DNA from: Alphaproteobacteria bacterium
GTDB lineage: Bacteria; Pseudomonadota; Alphaproteobacteria; UBA828
Direction of reading: 5' to 3'
Assembly: GCA_963422645.2 (NCBI GenBank)
Contig: CAXXVO010000008.1
Span: 544,001 to 608,000, forward strand
DNA length: 64,000 nucleotides
Under the pieces are notes generated by a model. The model did no database searches and had not been told where the DNA came from. It worked only from the letters and a program-made list of their open reading frames with translations. The translations under genes and the position numbers were made by a program. This document shows positions 19,430 through 29,520 of the stretch, piece after piece (position 1 is the first letter of the stretch; each line of letters starts with the position of its first letter).

Positions 19430-19630
19430 GGCATCGCCACGGTGGAGGCGGGGACAGCGGTCGGAAGAACACGCATCCGACGAGCGGGTGCGGTGCAATT
19501 TGCCGCGCGTCCACGGCCACGGGCCGGGTACAATACGGGGTGCGGAGCCGGCCGCCGGAAGCAGTTTTGTCATCGGGAACTACGTCACCGATATAACGAC
19601 GCTCACACGTCCCCACCTCCGCCAATACCC
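19430..19630 (-). ncRNA. Putative IS110 bridge RNA
   Basis: Structured upstream non-coding region (closing stem GGCGGAGGTGGGGAC / GTCCCCGCCTCCACC) with segments matching the target (GTTAT, CTGC) and the donor (CGGCAAAT, GACC) in bridge-RNA order. Boundaries approximate. Confidence 0.6.
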
Positions 19631-19784
19631 ATCCTGACACGGCAAATGGGTGCAAGCGCAAGGAAAACGTCAGCCGAACCGCTCCTGTTTCATGCCACGG
19701 GGTGGCTCAGAACCGCGGGGACCATGACTGTTTTGTGCAATCAACGCGGACCATGTTCCGCCACGCGAAGAGGGGATTCCTGAG

Positions 19785-20927
19785 ATGAAAAAATCCGGTC
19801 TGATGAAGGTGCGCACCATGGCACCTGTAACGCGTCGTGGCTTCAATCTCGGCGCACTCGCGGCAGCGAGTTCCGCCGCGCTTGGAGCCGGATTCGGTGC
19901 CGGTTCGGCCCGCGCCGCCAGTGAAGTGGTGTTCCTCGGCTGGCAGGGATACGACGAGGCACTGTTCGTCGGCGGGTTCATGGAACGGGAAGGAATCGAG
20001 CTCGCCACGACCTACATCGGCAATAATGACGAGATCGTCACCAAACTCCGAGCCGGCGGCATCGGCACCATCGATATCGTCACGCCTTATATGGGCTACG
20101 TGCCGCTGCTGGCCAGAACCGGTCTGATCGCGCCGATCGACACGTCGATGGTCCCGAACCTCGCGGACGTCATGCCGATCTTCAAGGACGACATGAATCT
20201 CAACCTGGACGGGAAGCTCTACGGTGTACCCTTCACATGGGGTGCCTTTCCAATGATGTACAATCCCGCTGTGGTACCTGAGGCACCGGGCTCCTGGCAT
20301 GATCTCTTCAATGCCGAGTACGAAGGCAAGGTCGGCATGATGGACGATGCCCTCGGTAACATCATTCTGGCTGCCCAAATCGTCACCGATGCTGAATCGA
20401 AGACGATCCTCACCCATGATCAGTTGCGGGAATCCGTCGACTACATGATCAAGCTGAAGGAAAAGCAGATCCGCATGGTTGCCGTCAGCTGGGGCGAGCT
20501 TTCGGATGCCCTTTCCCGCGGCGATGTCGTCGTGACCTACGGGGGCTGGGAGGCCATCAAGAAGTTCTCCGCCGACGCCGGCGCAGTGATCGAGTACACG
20601 TACCCGAAGGAGGGAACCTTCGCCTGGCTCGACAGCTATTGCGTCGCGACCGATGCTCCGAACTGGGAAACCGACCACGCGCTGTGCAACCAGATCATCG
20701 GCATCGACGCTCAGGTCAAGATCGGGACGGAATACGTGCAGGGGATCGTCAACACCAAGGCGGTCGAGGCGCTGGATCCCGCCTCTCGGGCGCTCTATCC
20801 CTATGATGATCCCACAGGCTTCGATGAAAAGTTCACGTTCTACACCTTCCCACCGTTGGTGGATGACGGCGTCCACGCCACGTTTGAGGACTGGGTAAGG
20901 GAGTGGGATCGCTTCAAGGCAAGTTAA
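19785..20927 (+). CDS. PotD/PotF-like extracellular solute-binding protein with Tat signal
   Basis: TRRGFNLG twin-arginine signal; YGVPFTWG; PKEGTFAWLDSY. Confidence 0.88.
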   Translation: MKKSGLMKVRTMAPVTRRGFNLGALAAASSAALGAGFGAGSARAASEVVFLGWQGYDEALFVGGFMEREGIELATTYIGNNDEIVTKLRAGGIGTIDIVTPYMGYVPLLARTGLIAPIDTSMVPNLADVMPIFKDDMNLNLDGKLYGVPFTWGAFPMMYNPAVVPEAPGSWHDLFNAEYEGKVGMMDDALGNIILAAQIVTDAESKTILTHDQLRESVDYMIKLKEKQIRMVAVSWGELSDALSRGDVVVTYGGWEAIKKFSADAGAVIEYTYPKEGTFAWLDSYCVATDAPNWETDHALCNQIIGIDAQVKIGTEYVQGIVNTKAVEALDPASRALYPYDDPTGFDEKFTFYTFPPLVDDGVHATFEDWVREWDRFKAS

Positions 20928-21010
20928 TCCTGTCACGGACTGTGCGGTCGTTCCCATGCAGGGGGCGACCGCGCAGTAACATCAAGAAGCCCAGGCGCCG
21001 CCCCTGACTC

Positions 21011-21847
21011 ATGGAGAGTCGGCGAAGAAACTACCTGCTGGTCGCTCCCTCGGCCGGCCTCTACGGTGTTCTGTTCATCGCACCCTTTCTGTACTTCGTT
21101 GTAATCAGTTTCTGGGATGTAAAGAACTACCAGCTTACGCCGGACTTCACCGGGGCGAACTACGTCGAAACTTTCGATCGTTACGCCGGGATCTTCTTCT
21201 TCACCATCGAAATGGCATTCCTGATTGCGCTGCTCACGACAGCGTTCGGGTTCGTTTATGCCTATATCGCGCGCTTCAAGGCCGGACGGTGGGGAACGAC
21301 GCTGCTGCTGATCGCGCTCGTCACTCTGTTCGGCGGGTACCTGATGAAGATCTACGCGTGGAAGACGATCCTGGGCAACGAGGGCGTTCTGAATTCTGCG
21401 CTCTTGACGCTTGGCATCGTGGCTCAGCCGCTGACGGCCCTTCTCTACAGCCCGGGCGCTGTCGTCGTGACGCTGGTTCACTTTCTGCTGCCTTTCGCGA
21501 TCCTGCCGATCTACGCAAGCCTGCGCGGCCTCGACGATGTCTCGCTCGAGGCGGCCCGTGACCTCGGCGCGCCGCCCTGGCGGATACTGGTCGGCATCAT
21601 CATTCCGCAGTGCAAGGCCGGCCTGATTGCGGCCTTCACCTTCTGCTTCCTGCTTCCGGTTGGTGACTACGTGACGCCACTCCTGGTCGGCGGCAAGGTC
21701 GTCATGATCGGGAATATGGTGGCGACGCAGTTCGGCAAGTCCTTCAACTGGCCTCTCGGGGCTGCGATGGCTGTTTCGATCCTCGTCTGCGCGTTCGTCA
21801 TCGTGGTCGTCATGAACTGGGCGATGTCGCATTGGCGGCCCCGCTAG
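21011..21847 (+). CDS. ABC permease (PotB-like)
   Basis: EAARDLGA loop; NWPLGAAMA. Confidence 0.9.
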   Translation: MESRRRNYLLVAPSAGLYGVLFIAPFLYFVVISFWDVKNYQLTPDFTGANYVETFDRYAGIFFFTIEMAFLIALLTTAFGFVYAYIARFKAGRWGTTLLLIALVTLFGGYLMKIYAWKTILGNEGVLNSALLTLGIVAQPLTALLYSPGAVVVTLVHFLLPFAILPIYASLRGLDDVSLEAARDLGAPPWRILVGIIIPQCKAGLIAAFTFCFLLPVGDYVTPLLVGGKVVMIGNMVATQFGKSFNWPLGAAMAVSILVCAFVIVVVMNWAMSHWRPR

Positions 21848-22620
21848 ACAGGACCTCCACCCTCTTTTGGCGGGTGATCGCAGGCGCGTTCGTCCTCTTC
21901 CTGCTGTCGCCCCTGGTGCTCGTGGTGCTGTTCTCGTTCACCGATCGCGGGATCAGCGCCTTCCCGATCGAGGGTCTCTCCATCCAGTGGTGGGTGGCGA
22001 TGATCGAGCACCGGCAATTCGCGAGCGCCCTCTCGAACAGCCTGATCATCAGTGGCGCCGTCGCCCTGATCTCGGCTGCGGTCGGCACGATGGCGGCGGT
22101 CGGCCTCGCCCGCCTGCCTCCCAAGCACGCCAATATCGGGATCGCCGCTCTCTGCCTGCCGCTCATGCTCCCGCCGCTGGTGCTCGCGGTTGCGTTGCTC
22201 TCCGCGTATGTGGCGGCGGGGATGAAGCTCGGGCTCCTGACCGTGATCCTGGCTCACCTCCTGTTCACCCAGCCCTTCGTGATCCTGGTGGTCTACGCCC
22301 GTATGGTCACCTTCGATCACGCCGTGGTGGAGAGCGCGCGCGACCTCGGAGCATCGCCGCTCAAGGCGTTCTTTACGGTCACGCTGCCGATCATCCGGCC
22401 CACGGTCATCGGCGCCGCCCTGATTGCGGCGGCGCTCTCGCTCGACGATTTCATCATCACCTTCTTCAACATTGGCGGCGGCAACACGCTGCCCACCTTC
22501 GTTTGGGGATTCATTCGCACCGGGTTGCGACCCACGGTAAACGCGATCGGCACCACGATTCTCGTGATGACCGTGGGTGCGACGATCATCGCGCTCTGGC
22601 TCACACGGTATCGGGGGTAG
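21832..22620 (+). CDS. ABC permease (PotC-like)
   Basis: ESARDLGASP, SLDDFIITFF, TLP. Confidence 0.9.
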   Translation: MAAPLDRTSTLFWRVIAGAFVLFLLSPLVLVVLFSFTDRGISAFPIEGLSIQWWVAMIEHRQFASALSNSLIISGAVALISAAVGTMAAVGLARLPPKHANIGIAALCLPLMLPPLVLAVALLSAYVAAGMKLGLLTVILAHLLFTQPFVILVVYARMVTFDHAVVESARDLGASPLKAFFTVTLPIIRPTVIGAALIAAALSLDDFIITFFNIGGGNTLPTFVWGFIRTGLRPTVNAIGTTILVMTVGATIIALWLTRYRG

Positions 22621-22646
22621 CGCGTGCCTAGAACGGGAGAGGCCGG

Positions 22647-23447
22647 ATGACGGAACTGGAAGGCAAGATCGCGATCGTGACCGGCGCCGCATCGGGCATC
22701 GGGCGCGCCGGCGCAGAGCTCATGGCGGCCGCGGGAGCGCTCGTCGTGGCCGCCGACATCGACGAGGCTGGCGCTGCACAGGTGGCCACCGACATCGAAG
22801 CTCGCGGCGGGCGAGCCGTCCCGTGCCGGGTCGACGTCCGGGACGTGCAGTCGGTCCGCGATATGGTCGATTCAACCGTGAAGCAACACGGGCGGATCGA
22901 CGTGCTCTTCCACAACGCGGTGAGCGTGCCGCTGATCAACAAGCACGACAACCGGGCGACGGAGCTCGACGACGATATCTGGGATCAGATCATCGGCCTG
23001 ATTCTCACCGGCACCTATTACTGCGCCAAGTACACCTGCCGGCACATGCTGCGCCAGGGTGAGGGGTCGATCATTCTGACGGCGACGACCGATGCGCTGA
23101 TCGGCCAGGCCGGAATCGACGCCTATACCGCCGCCAAGGGTGGGGTCGTTTCGCTCACGCGCTCGCTCGCGGCCGGGGTCTCGCCAGAGGGCGTTCGCGT
23201 CAACGCGATCTGTCCCGGCTTCGTCGACACGCCTCACCAGGCGGGGTTCCTGAGCGTTCCGGAGGAACGGGCCAAGCTCGAGGAGCTTCACCTGATGCCG
23301 ATCCTGGAGCCGGAGGACATCGCCAACTTTGCCGTCTATCTGGCCTCGGACCGGGCACGCTACATGACCGGCGGCATTCACGTCGTCGATTCCGGCTACA
23401 CGGCGTTCAAGGGACGCCTCTCGCTCCAGGACACGATCCGGCTGTAG
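22647..23447 (+). CDS. SDR family oxidoreductase
   Basis: TGAASGIG, YTAAKGG, NAICPG. Confidence 0.92.
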   Translation: MTELEGKIAIVTGAASGIGRAGAELMAAAGALVVAADIDEAGAAQVATDIEARGGRAVPCRVDVRDVQSVRDMVDSTVKQHGRIDVLFHNAVSVPLINKHDNRATELDDDIWDQIIGLILTGTYYCAKYTCRHMLRQGEGSIILTATTDALIGQAGIDAYTAAKGGVVSLTRSLAAGVSPEGVRVNAICPGFVDTPHQAGFLSVPEERAKLEELHLMPILEPEDIANFAVYLASDRARYMTGGIHVVDSGYTAFKGRLSLQDTIRL

Positions 23448-23703
23448 CGTGAGGCGGTCTTTCCAAGTCTTTAGGCGCCATCGAATCCTGGAACGACCGG
23501 CGCCGGTAACGCGGAAACTCGCCTATCCCACCTGTCCCGCCCAATCCCGGCGAATCCCGCACTAAAATTCGCTGTTGGGTATTGTCCGGGGCGCACGACG
23601 GCATGCAGCACGCGACCTCGGCGAGATGTCCAGGCGAGAGCGTTTCCGTACGAAGCGGAAACGCTCTAGGATCGCGCCCGACGATTCCGCAAGGGAGGCA
23701 AGG

Positions 23704-25008
23704 GTGGATATCGCGGCGCTGCGCGCTGCCGGCGCGCGTCATCTGATCCAGGGCGAGCTGCTCTCGGACGTGGTACCGGCTGCGGACGGGCCCGTCTTCG
23801 TCCGCGCCGACGGAACGGAAATCTTCGATTCCGAGGGCCGGGCCTACCTGGACTTCAACTCGGGCCAGATGTGCTCGGCGCTCGGCCACAACAACCCGCG
23901 CGTGACCCAGGCTGTGCGGGAGGGCCTGGGCACGCTCACGCATGCGAGCTCGGTCTATTTCAACGAGCCGCAGCTGCGCCTTGCCGCGCGCTTGGCGGAG
24001 ACCATCGACGCGCCGCTCAGCCGCTCGCTCTTCATCCAGTCCGGCGCCGATTCCAACGAGGCGGCGGTACTCTTCGCCCGGCGCGCGACCGGGCGCAACG
24101 GCATCGGCGCGCTGCACCTGAGCTTCCACGGCTACACCGACGTGACCCGCGCCATCAGCTTCGCCGCGACCACGGCCGGCAACGGCCCCTCGATTCCTGA
24201 CGTGCACGCGATCCCCGCGCCCTACGGCTACCGCTCGCCGGTGGGCGCCGAGGGTGACGATTGGTGGGCGCCGCTGCTCGCCATCGCCTTCGACCTGCTC
24301 GACCGCGAGTGCCCGAACAATCTGGCGGCGGTCATCGCCGAGCCGCTAATCAGCGCGGGCGGGGTGATCGAGATGCCGCCCGGCTACCTCAAGGCGCTCA
24401 AGGCGGGGCTGGAGGCGCGGGGCGCGCTGCTCATCCTGGACGAGGCGCAGACCGGGCTCGGCAAGCTCGGCACCCTCTACGCCTACCAGCAGCATGGCAT
24501 CGTGCCGGACATCATGACACTGTCGAAGCACTTCGGCGGCGGCCTGCCGATCAGCGCCATGGTGACGACGGACGCGATCACCGCGCGCGCGCTCGACGGC
24601 GGGCTCACTTTCGGTCATTCGCATTCGTCGGATCCCATCGCCTGCACGGCCGGCCTCGCCAGCCTCGAAGAGATCCTGGTCGAGGACCTGCCCGCCAAGG
24701 CGCAGGCGATCGGAACGTATTGGCGCGCCCGCATGGATAGCCTGCAGCAGCGCTTCCCCATGATCGGCGACGTGCGCGGCAAGGGCTGCCTGCAGGGGGT
24801 CGAGCTGGTGCGCGACCGCGCCACCAAGGAGCCCGCGAGCCGGGAGGCGCAGGAGATCTACCGCGATTGCCTGGCGGACGGGCTGCTCTTCTCGGTGCGC
24901 GGCCAGCACCGCAACGTGCTCCGCTTCGTGCCGCCTTTCTGCACCAGCGAGGCGCAGATCGACCGCGCCGCGGCGATCCTAAGCCGCGCCCTTGAGCGCC
25001 AAGCCTGA
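23704..25008 (+). CDS. Class III PLP aminotransferase, 2,2-dialkylglycine decarboxylase-like
   Basis: YLDFNSGQMCSALGH, LILDEAQTGLG, PDIMTLSKHFGGG; GTG start after RBS GGGAGG. Confidence 0.85.
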   Translation: MDIAALRAAGARHLIQGELLSDVVPAADGPVFVRADGTEIFDSEGRAYLDFNSGQMCSALGHNNPRVTQAVREGLGTLTHASSVYFNEPQLRLAARLAETIDAPLSRSLFIQSGADSNEAAVLFARRATGRNGIGALHLSFHGYTDVTRAISFAATTAGNGPSIPDVHAIPAPYGYRSPVGAEGDDWWAPLLAIAFDLLDRECPNNLAAVIAEPLISAGGVIEMPPGYLKALKAGLEARGALLILDEAQTGLGKLGTLYAYQQHGIVPDIMTLSKHFGGGLPISAMVTTDAITARALDGGLTFGHSHSSDPIACTAGLASLEEILVEDLPAKAQAIGTYWRARMDSLQQRFPMIGDVRGKGCLQGVELVRDRATKEPASREAQEIYRDCLADGLLFSVRGQHRNVLRFVPPFCTSEAQIDRAAAILSRALERQA

Positions 25009-25062
25009 CGCTGCCATGACCTTCGGTCACTCTCTGGCGGCAGCCGCCGCGGAGCCGCACGC

Positions 25063-26265
25063 ATGAGCCGGCCCGCCACGGGCGTGCTCGCGGTCGTCCT
25101 TTGCGGGGCCCTGGTGCTCACGATCAGCAACGGGCTGCGCTCGAGCTTCGGCCTCTTCGCCACGCCGATGAGTCTCGATCTCGGCACCTCGCGCGAGACA
25201 TTCGCGCTCGCCATCGCGATCCAGGGCATCGTCTGGGGGATCACCCAACCCATCTTCGGCGCGTACGCCGACCGCCACGGGGCGATACGGGTGGCCCTGT
25301 TCGGGACCGTGGTCTACGTCGCGGGTCTGCTCTGGATGGCCTGGGCCGACAGCGCTCTCGGGCTGCATCTCGGTCAGGGCGTGCTGGTGGGGATTGGCAT
25401 CAGCGCCACCGGGTTCGCGGTGGTGTTGGGCCCGGTGGGGCGCGCTGTGCCGCCGGAGCGGCGCAGCATGGCGCTCGGCATCGCGGCGGCCGGCGGTTCC
25501 TTCGGGCAGTTTGCGTTGGCGCCTGTGGGCGGCGCGCTGATCGACGGCGTCGGCTGGTCCATGACGCTCATCGCATATTGCGGAATCGCGGCAATGATGG
25601 TGCCCTGCCTCATCGGGATGCGCGGCAGCCACGTGCCGCCCGAAGGCGACGCCCAGACGCTGAGCGAGGCGCTGATCGAGGCCCGTGCCCACAGTGGTTT
25701 CTGGCTGCTCTGCGGCGGCTTCTTCGTCTGCGGCTTCCACGTCTATTTCATTGCCACCCACCTGCCGTCTTTCCTGACGGACGCGGGGCTTGCCCCCATG
25801 CTGGGGGCGACGGCGATCGCTGTGATCGGGCTCGGCAACATCGTCGGCACCTTCGCCGCCGGCTGGCTCGGCGACCGGCACCGCAAGAAGTACGTGCTCT
25901 CGCTCTTCTACCTCGGCCGGGCGGCGGTCCTCGGCATGTTCCTCGTGGCGCCGGTGACCGAGGCGAGCGTGCTGGTGTTCTCCGCGCTGATGGGCCTGCT
26001 CTGGCTCGGCACCGTGCCGCTTACCAGCGGCCTCGTCGCCCAGATCTTCGGCCCCCGCTACCTCGGTGCGCTCTTCGGGATCGTGTTCTTCAGCCACCAG
26101 CTTGGATCTTTCCTCGGCGCCTGGCTCGGCGGCTACGTCTACGATACGACCGGCTCCTACGATGCGGTGTGGGCGGCCGCGGTGGCGCTGGGCGTGGTGG
26201 CGGCAGTGCTGCACTGGCCGATCCGCGACCGGCCGCTGGTGCGCCAGGAGGCCGGTGCCGCGTAG
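25063..26265 (+). CDS. MFS transporter
   Basis: Multiple hydrophobic helices; GAYADRHG and GWLGDRHRKK motif-A loops; FSHQLGSFLG. Confidence 0.9.
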   Translation: MSRPATGVLAVVLCGALVLTISNGLRSSFGLFATPMSLDLGTSRETFALAIAIQGIVWGITQPIFGAYADRHGAIRVALFGTVVYVAGLLWMAWADSALGLHLGQGVLVGIGISATGFAVVLGPVGRAVPPERRSMALGIAAAGGSFGQFALAPVGGALIDGVGWSMTLIAYCGIAAMMVPCLIGMRGSHVPPEGDAQTLSEALIEARAHSGFWLLCGGFFVCGFHVYFIATHLPSFLTDAGLAPMLGATAIAVIGLGNIVGTFAAGWLGDRHRKKYVLSLFYLGRAAVLGMFLVAPVTEASVLVFSALMGLLWLGTVPLTSGLVAQIFGPRYLGALFGIVFFSHQLGSFLGAWLGGYVYDTTGSYDAVWAAAVALGVVAAVLHWPIRDRPLVRQEAGAA

Positions 26266-26330
26266 TGCGGGATGGGCAGGCCGCAACGAAGATGCTTGGC
26301 GCGGCAGCCACCCCGGGTTTAGGCTGGCGT

Positions 26331-26771
26331 ATGGTGCCCTGGAGCCGCTGCCTGCGATGCCTGCCTGCAATGGCGCTCGTGCTGCTGCTCGCCCTTGGCA
26401 CGACGGGGACCGCCTTGGCCGATCAGAACGACCCGGCGCTGGACGGCCTCTTCCGCGACCTCAAAGCCGCGCAGAGCCCGCAGTTGGTCCGTCAGATCGA
26501 GGCGCAGATCTGGGCCCGCTGGTTCGAAACCGGCTCGGAAGAGACGGACCGGATGCTCCGCGCCGGCGATATCGCGCTCGCCAGGGGTCAGTACAATCAC
26601 TCTTACGCGCTCCTCAACGGGGTTATCGAACTCCGGCCCGACCTTTCCGAAGGCTGGAACCGGCGGGCAACGCTGCGCTATCTGATGGGCGATTACGAGG
26701 GCTCCATCGCCGACATCGACGAGACCCTGGCGCGCGAGCCGCGCCACTTCGGCGCGCTCTCGGGGCTCGGC
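26331..26771 (+). pseudogene. Exported TPR protein, N-terminal part (interrupted by the Mu-like element)
   Basis: Signal peptide (ALA-DQ), TPR motif EGWNRRAT...EPRHFGALSGLG; continues in frame after the TSD at 34605. Confidence 0.88.
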
Positions 26772-26779
26772 TGTAGGGG

Positions 26780-26898
26780 GACGAAAGTCATTGCGAATCC
26801 GGAAGATGCCGGGAAGAAGGCGGAAGAGGGCGGACGGTCAAGGGGTTGGCGGCGTTTCCGGGGTCTGGCGGGCCGGACGAAAGTCTTTGCGAATCCGG
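26780..26898 (+). repeat. Left-end transposase-binding repeats (L1 26780-26802, L2 26876-26898)
   Basis: GACGAAAGTC(A/T)TTGCGAATCCGG direct repeats 96 bp apart. Confidence 0.85.
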
Positions 26899-27076
26899 CC
26901 CGGAAAGGGCCGTGAATTGGCTGGAAACGGTGATTTTCGGGGCGTTTCAGGGGTGCTGAAAGGCCTGTATGTTGTTAAGCGTGGAAAAGTGACCCCCTAT
27001 TGGGGGTGATCGGCGTCCAAAATTGACCCCCTTGGATTTGTGTCCATGAACACACCTCGTCGTTTGGACGGACGGG

Positions 27077-28603
27077 GTGGTGGGGGAGATGCTGGTTGTG
27101 GAAACGATCGCGAAGATCCGTCGGGATCATCTGGTGAAGGGCGTTCCGATCAAGAAGCTCGCCCGGGATTTGAGGGTTTCCAAGAACACGATACGCAAGG
27201 TGGTGCGGGGCGATGCGACCTCGCACAGCTACGAGCGCAAGATCCAGCCGATGCCGAAGCTTGGGCTGTGGGTGGAGGAGCTTGAGCGCCAGCTGAAGGC
27301 CAACGAGAAGAAGGCACGCAAGGATCGGCTGTCTCTTCTGCGGATTCATGAAGACCTTGTGTCGCTGGGCTACAAGGGCGGCTATGACGCGGTTCGCCGC
27401 TATGCCAGGGCCTGGCGGCGCCGGTGGCGGCTGTTGTCGCCGGCGCAGGCCTATGTGCCGCTGATCTTCGATCCCGGCGAGGCCTACCAGTTCGACTGGA
27501 GCCACGAGTACGCGCGTCTGTCGGGCGCGACGACCAGGGTGAAGGCGGCGCACATGCGGCTGTGCCACAGCCGGATGTATCTGGTCCAGATCTTTCCCCG
27601 CGAGAGCCAGGAGATGGTCTTCGAGGCGCACGAGCGTGCCTTCCGCTTCTTCGGCGGGGTCTGCCGGCGGGGCATCTACGACAACATGAAGACGGCGGTG
27701 AGCACGATCTTCGTGGGCAAGAAGCGGGACTACAACCGCCGCTTCCAGGAGCTGTGCTCGCACCATCTGGTGGAGCCTGTGGCGTGCACGCCAGGGGCTG
27801 GCTGGGAGAAGGGGCAGGTCGAGAAGCAGGTGGGTGACCTTCGCGGCCGCCTGTTCGTGCCCATCCCGCGGGGCCGCTCCTACGCCGAGATCAACGAGTG
27901 GCTGATGGATCGGTGCATCGAGGACGCCAAGAAGCATCCGCATCCGACAATCCCGGGCAAGACGGTGTGGCAGGTGTTCGAGGAGGAGCAGCCCTTCCTG
28001 ATGGCGTATCGCGGCCCCTTCGACGGCTTCCATGCCAGCGAGGTGTCGGTCTCGAAGACCTGTCTGGTGCGCTTCGACAACAACCAGTACAGCGTCGCGG
28101 CCCGCGCCGTCGGCCGGCCGGTGGACGTGCGGGCCTATGCCGATCGGATCGTCATCCGCCAGGACGGCGAGACCGTTGCCGAGCACCCCCGCAGCTTCGG
28201 GCGCGGCCGGTTCGTCTACGATCCGTGGCATTACGTGCCGATCCTGACGCGGAAGCCCGGCGCGCTACGCAATGGCGCGCCCTTCAAGGACTGGCAGTTG
28301 CCCAACGCGCTCGGCCGCCTGCGAACCCGGCTCGCGGGCCACGACGACGGCGACCGGCAGTTCGTCAAGGTGCTCGCGGCGGTGCTGGAGGACGGACTGG
28401 AGGCGGTTGAGGCGGCCTGTGCCGAGACGCTCGACTGCGGTGCCTGCAGCGCCGACGTGGTGCTCAACATCCTCGCCCGGCAGCGCCAGCCGGCACCGCC
28501 GGCAATCATCCCGACGCCCGAGGGCCTGCAGCTTCGCCACAAGCCGGTAGCCGACTGTCAGCGCTACGACAGCCTGAGGGAGGCCGGTCATGGAGCGTCA
28601 TGA
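27077..28603 (+). CDS. istA: IS21 transposase IstA
   Basis: N-terminal [32 protein letters not shown]; start may be ATG 27089. Confidence 0.95.
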   Translation: MVGEMLVVETIAKIRRDHLVKGVPIKKLARDLRVSKNTIRKVVRGDATSHSYERKIQPMPKLGLWVEELERQLKANEKKARKDRLSLLRIHEDLVSLGYKGGYDAVRRYARAWRRRWRLLSPAQAYVPLIFDPGEAYQFDWSHEYARLSGATTRVKAAHMRLCHSRMYLVQIFPRESQEMVFEAHERAFRFFGGVCRRGIYDNMKTAVSTIFVGKKRDYNRRFQELCSHHLVEPVACTPGAGWEKGQVEKQVGDLRGRLFVPIPRGRSYAEINEWLMDRCIEDAKKHPHPTIPGKTVWQVFEEEQPFLMAYRGPFDGFHASEVSVSKTCLVRFDNNQYSVAARAVGRPVDVRAYADRIVIRQDGETVAEHPRSFGRGRFVYDPWHYVPILTRKPGALRNGAPFKDWQLPNALGRLRTRLAGHDDGDRQFVKVLAAVLEDGLEAVEAACAETLDCGACSADVVLNILARQRQPAPPAIIPTPEGLQLRHKPVADCQRYDSLREAGHGAS

Positions 28604-29318
28604 TGTGCTGGAGATGATGACCCAGCTGAAGCTCGCAGGTATGCGCGCCGCTTACGACGACATCCTTGCCGACGGGCTCAAGCGCCGCCATCCGGTGCAA
28701 CAGATCATCGGTACGCTGCTGCAGGTCGAGATCGCCGACAAGAGGGCCCGCTCGATCAAGTACCAGATGGCCTCCGCCAAGCTGCCGACGGTCAAGGAGC
28801 TGGCCGACTTCGACTTCGCCGCCTCGCCGGTCAACGAGCCCCTGATCCAGGAGCTCGCCGGCGGCGGCTTCCTCGAGGGCAAACGCAACATCGTGCTGGT
28901 CGGCGGCACCGGTACCGGCAAGACCCATCTCGCCGTCGCCATCGCGCGGTCCTGCATCCGCAAGGGCGCGCGCGGCCGGTGCTACAACGTCGTCGACCTG
29001 GTCAACCTCCTCGAGGCCGAGCTTCGCGCCGGACGCCAGGGCCGCACTGCAGACCAGCTCGTCCGCCGCGACTTCGTCATCCTCGACGAGCTCGGCTACC
29101 TGCCCTTCGCCCAGGCCGGTGGGCAGCTGCTCTTCCATCTGATGAGCCGGCTCTACGAGCGCACCTCGATCGTCATCACCACAAACCTCGCCTTCGGCGA
29201 ATGGCCATCCGTCTTCGGCGACCCCAAGATGACCACAGCGCTGCTCGATCGCCTCACCCATCATTGCGAGATCATCGAGACCGGCAACGAGAGCTGGCGC
29301 TTCAAGAACCGCTCCTGA
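28590..29318 (+). CDS. istB: IS21 helper ATPase IstB
   Basis: [37 protein letters not shown]. Confidence 0.96.
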   Translation: MERHDVLEMMTQLKLAGMRAAYDDILADGLKRRHPVQQIIGTLLQVEIADKRARSIKYQMASAKLPTVKELADFDFAASPVNEPLIQELAGGGFLEGKRNIVLVGGTGTGKTHLAVAIARSCIRKGARGRCYNVVDLVNLLEAELRAGRQGRTADQLVRRDFVILDELGYLPFAQAGGQLLFHLMSRLYERTSIVITTNLAFGEWPSVFGDPKMTTALLDRLTHHCEIIETGNESWRFKNRS

Positions 29319-29520
29319 CCCGCCGCCGGCCTCCCTTGCGGCCCGGTTGCCCCGGTGGGCCAACAGGGACCCCCCACGCGGCTTCGCTCCGCGTAGCGCA
29401 GGGCGCCACACGAAGCCGCGCGGGTCCCCCCTATTGGCTACCGGGACAACCTCCGCCGTGCCACTCAGGGGGGTCAATTTTGCACGCCGATCGGGGGTCA
29501 GTATTGAAAGCCGATTGACA

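Larger units (their letters stand above)
17961..19725 (-). mobile_element. IS110-family element
   Basis: Encodes an IS110 recombinase; CAT core repeated at 17961-17963 and 19723-19725; subterminal IR TGAAACAG (17970-17977) / CTGTTTCA (19685-19692). Ends are inferred. Confidence 0.75.
26973..29520 (+). mobile_element. IS21-family insertion sequence
   Basis: istA-istB; TGT...ACA ends with multiple (AAAT)TGACCCC subterminal repeats; no TSD found. Confidence 0.92.

Noticed and set aside
25101-26915. 604-aa ORF that appears to fuse MFS-region sequence to a TPR protein
   Set aside because: The N-terminal part is an alternative frame of the MFS gene; the real TPR gene starts at 26331/26370 and its apparent tail is read-through into the Mu-like end.
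29347-29520. N-terminal ~58 aa of the 1119-aa tail ORF
   Set aside because: Derived from the IS21 right end; not the native start.
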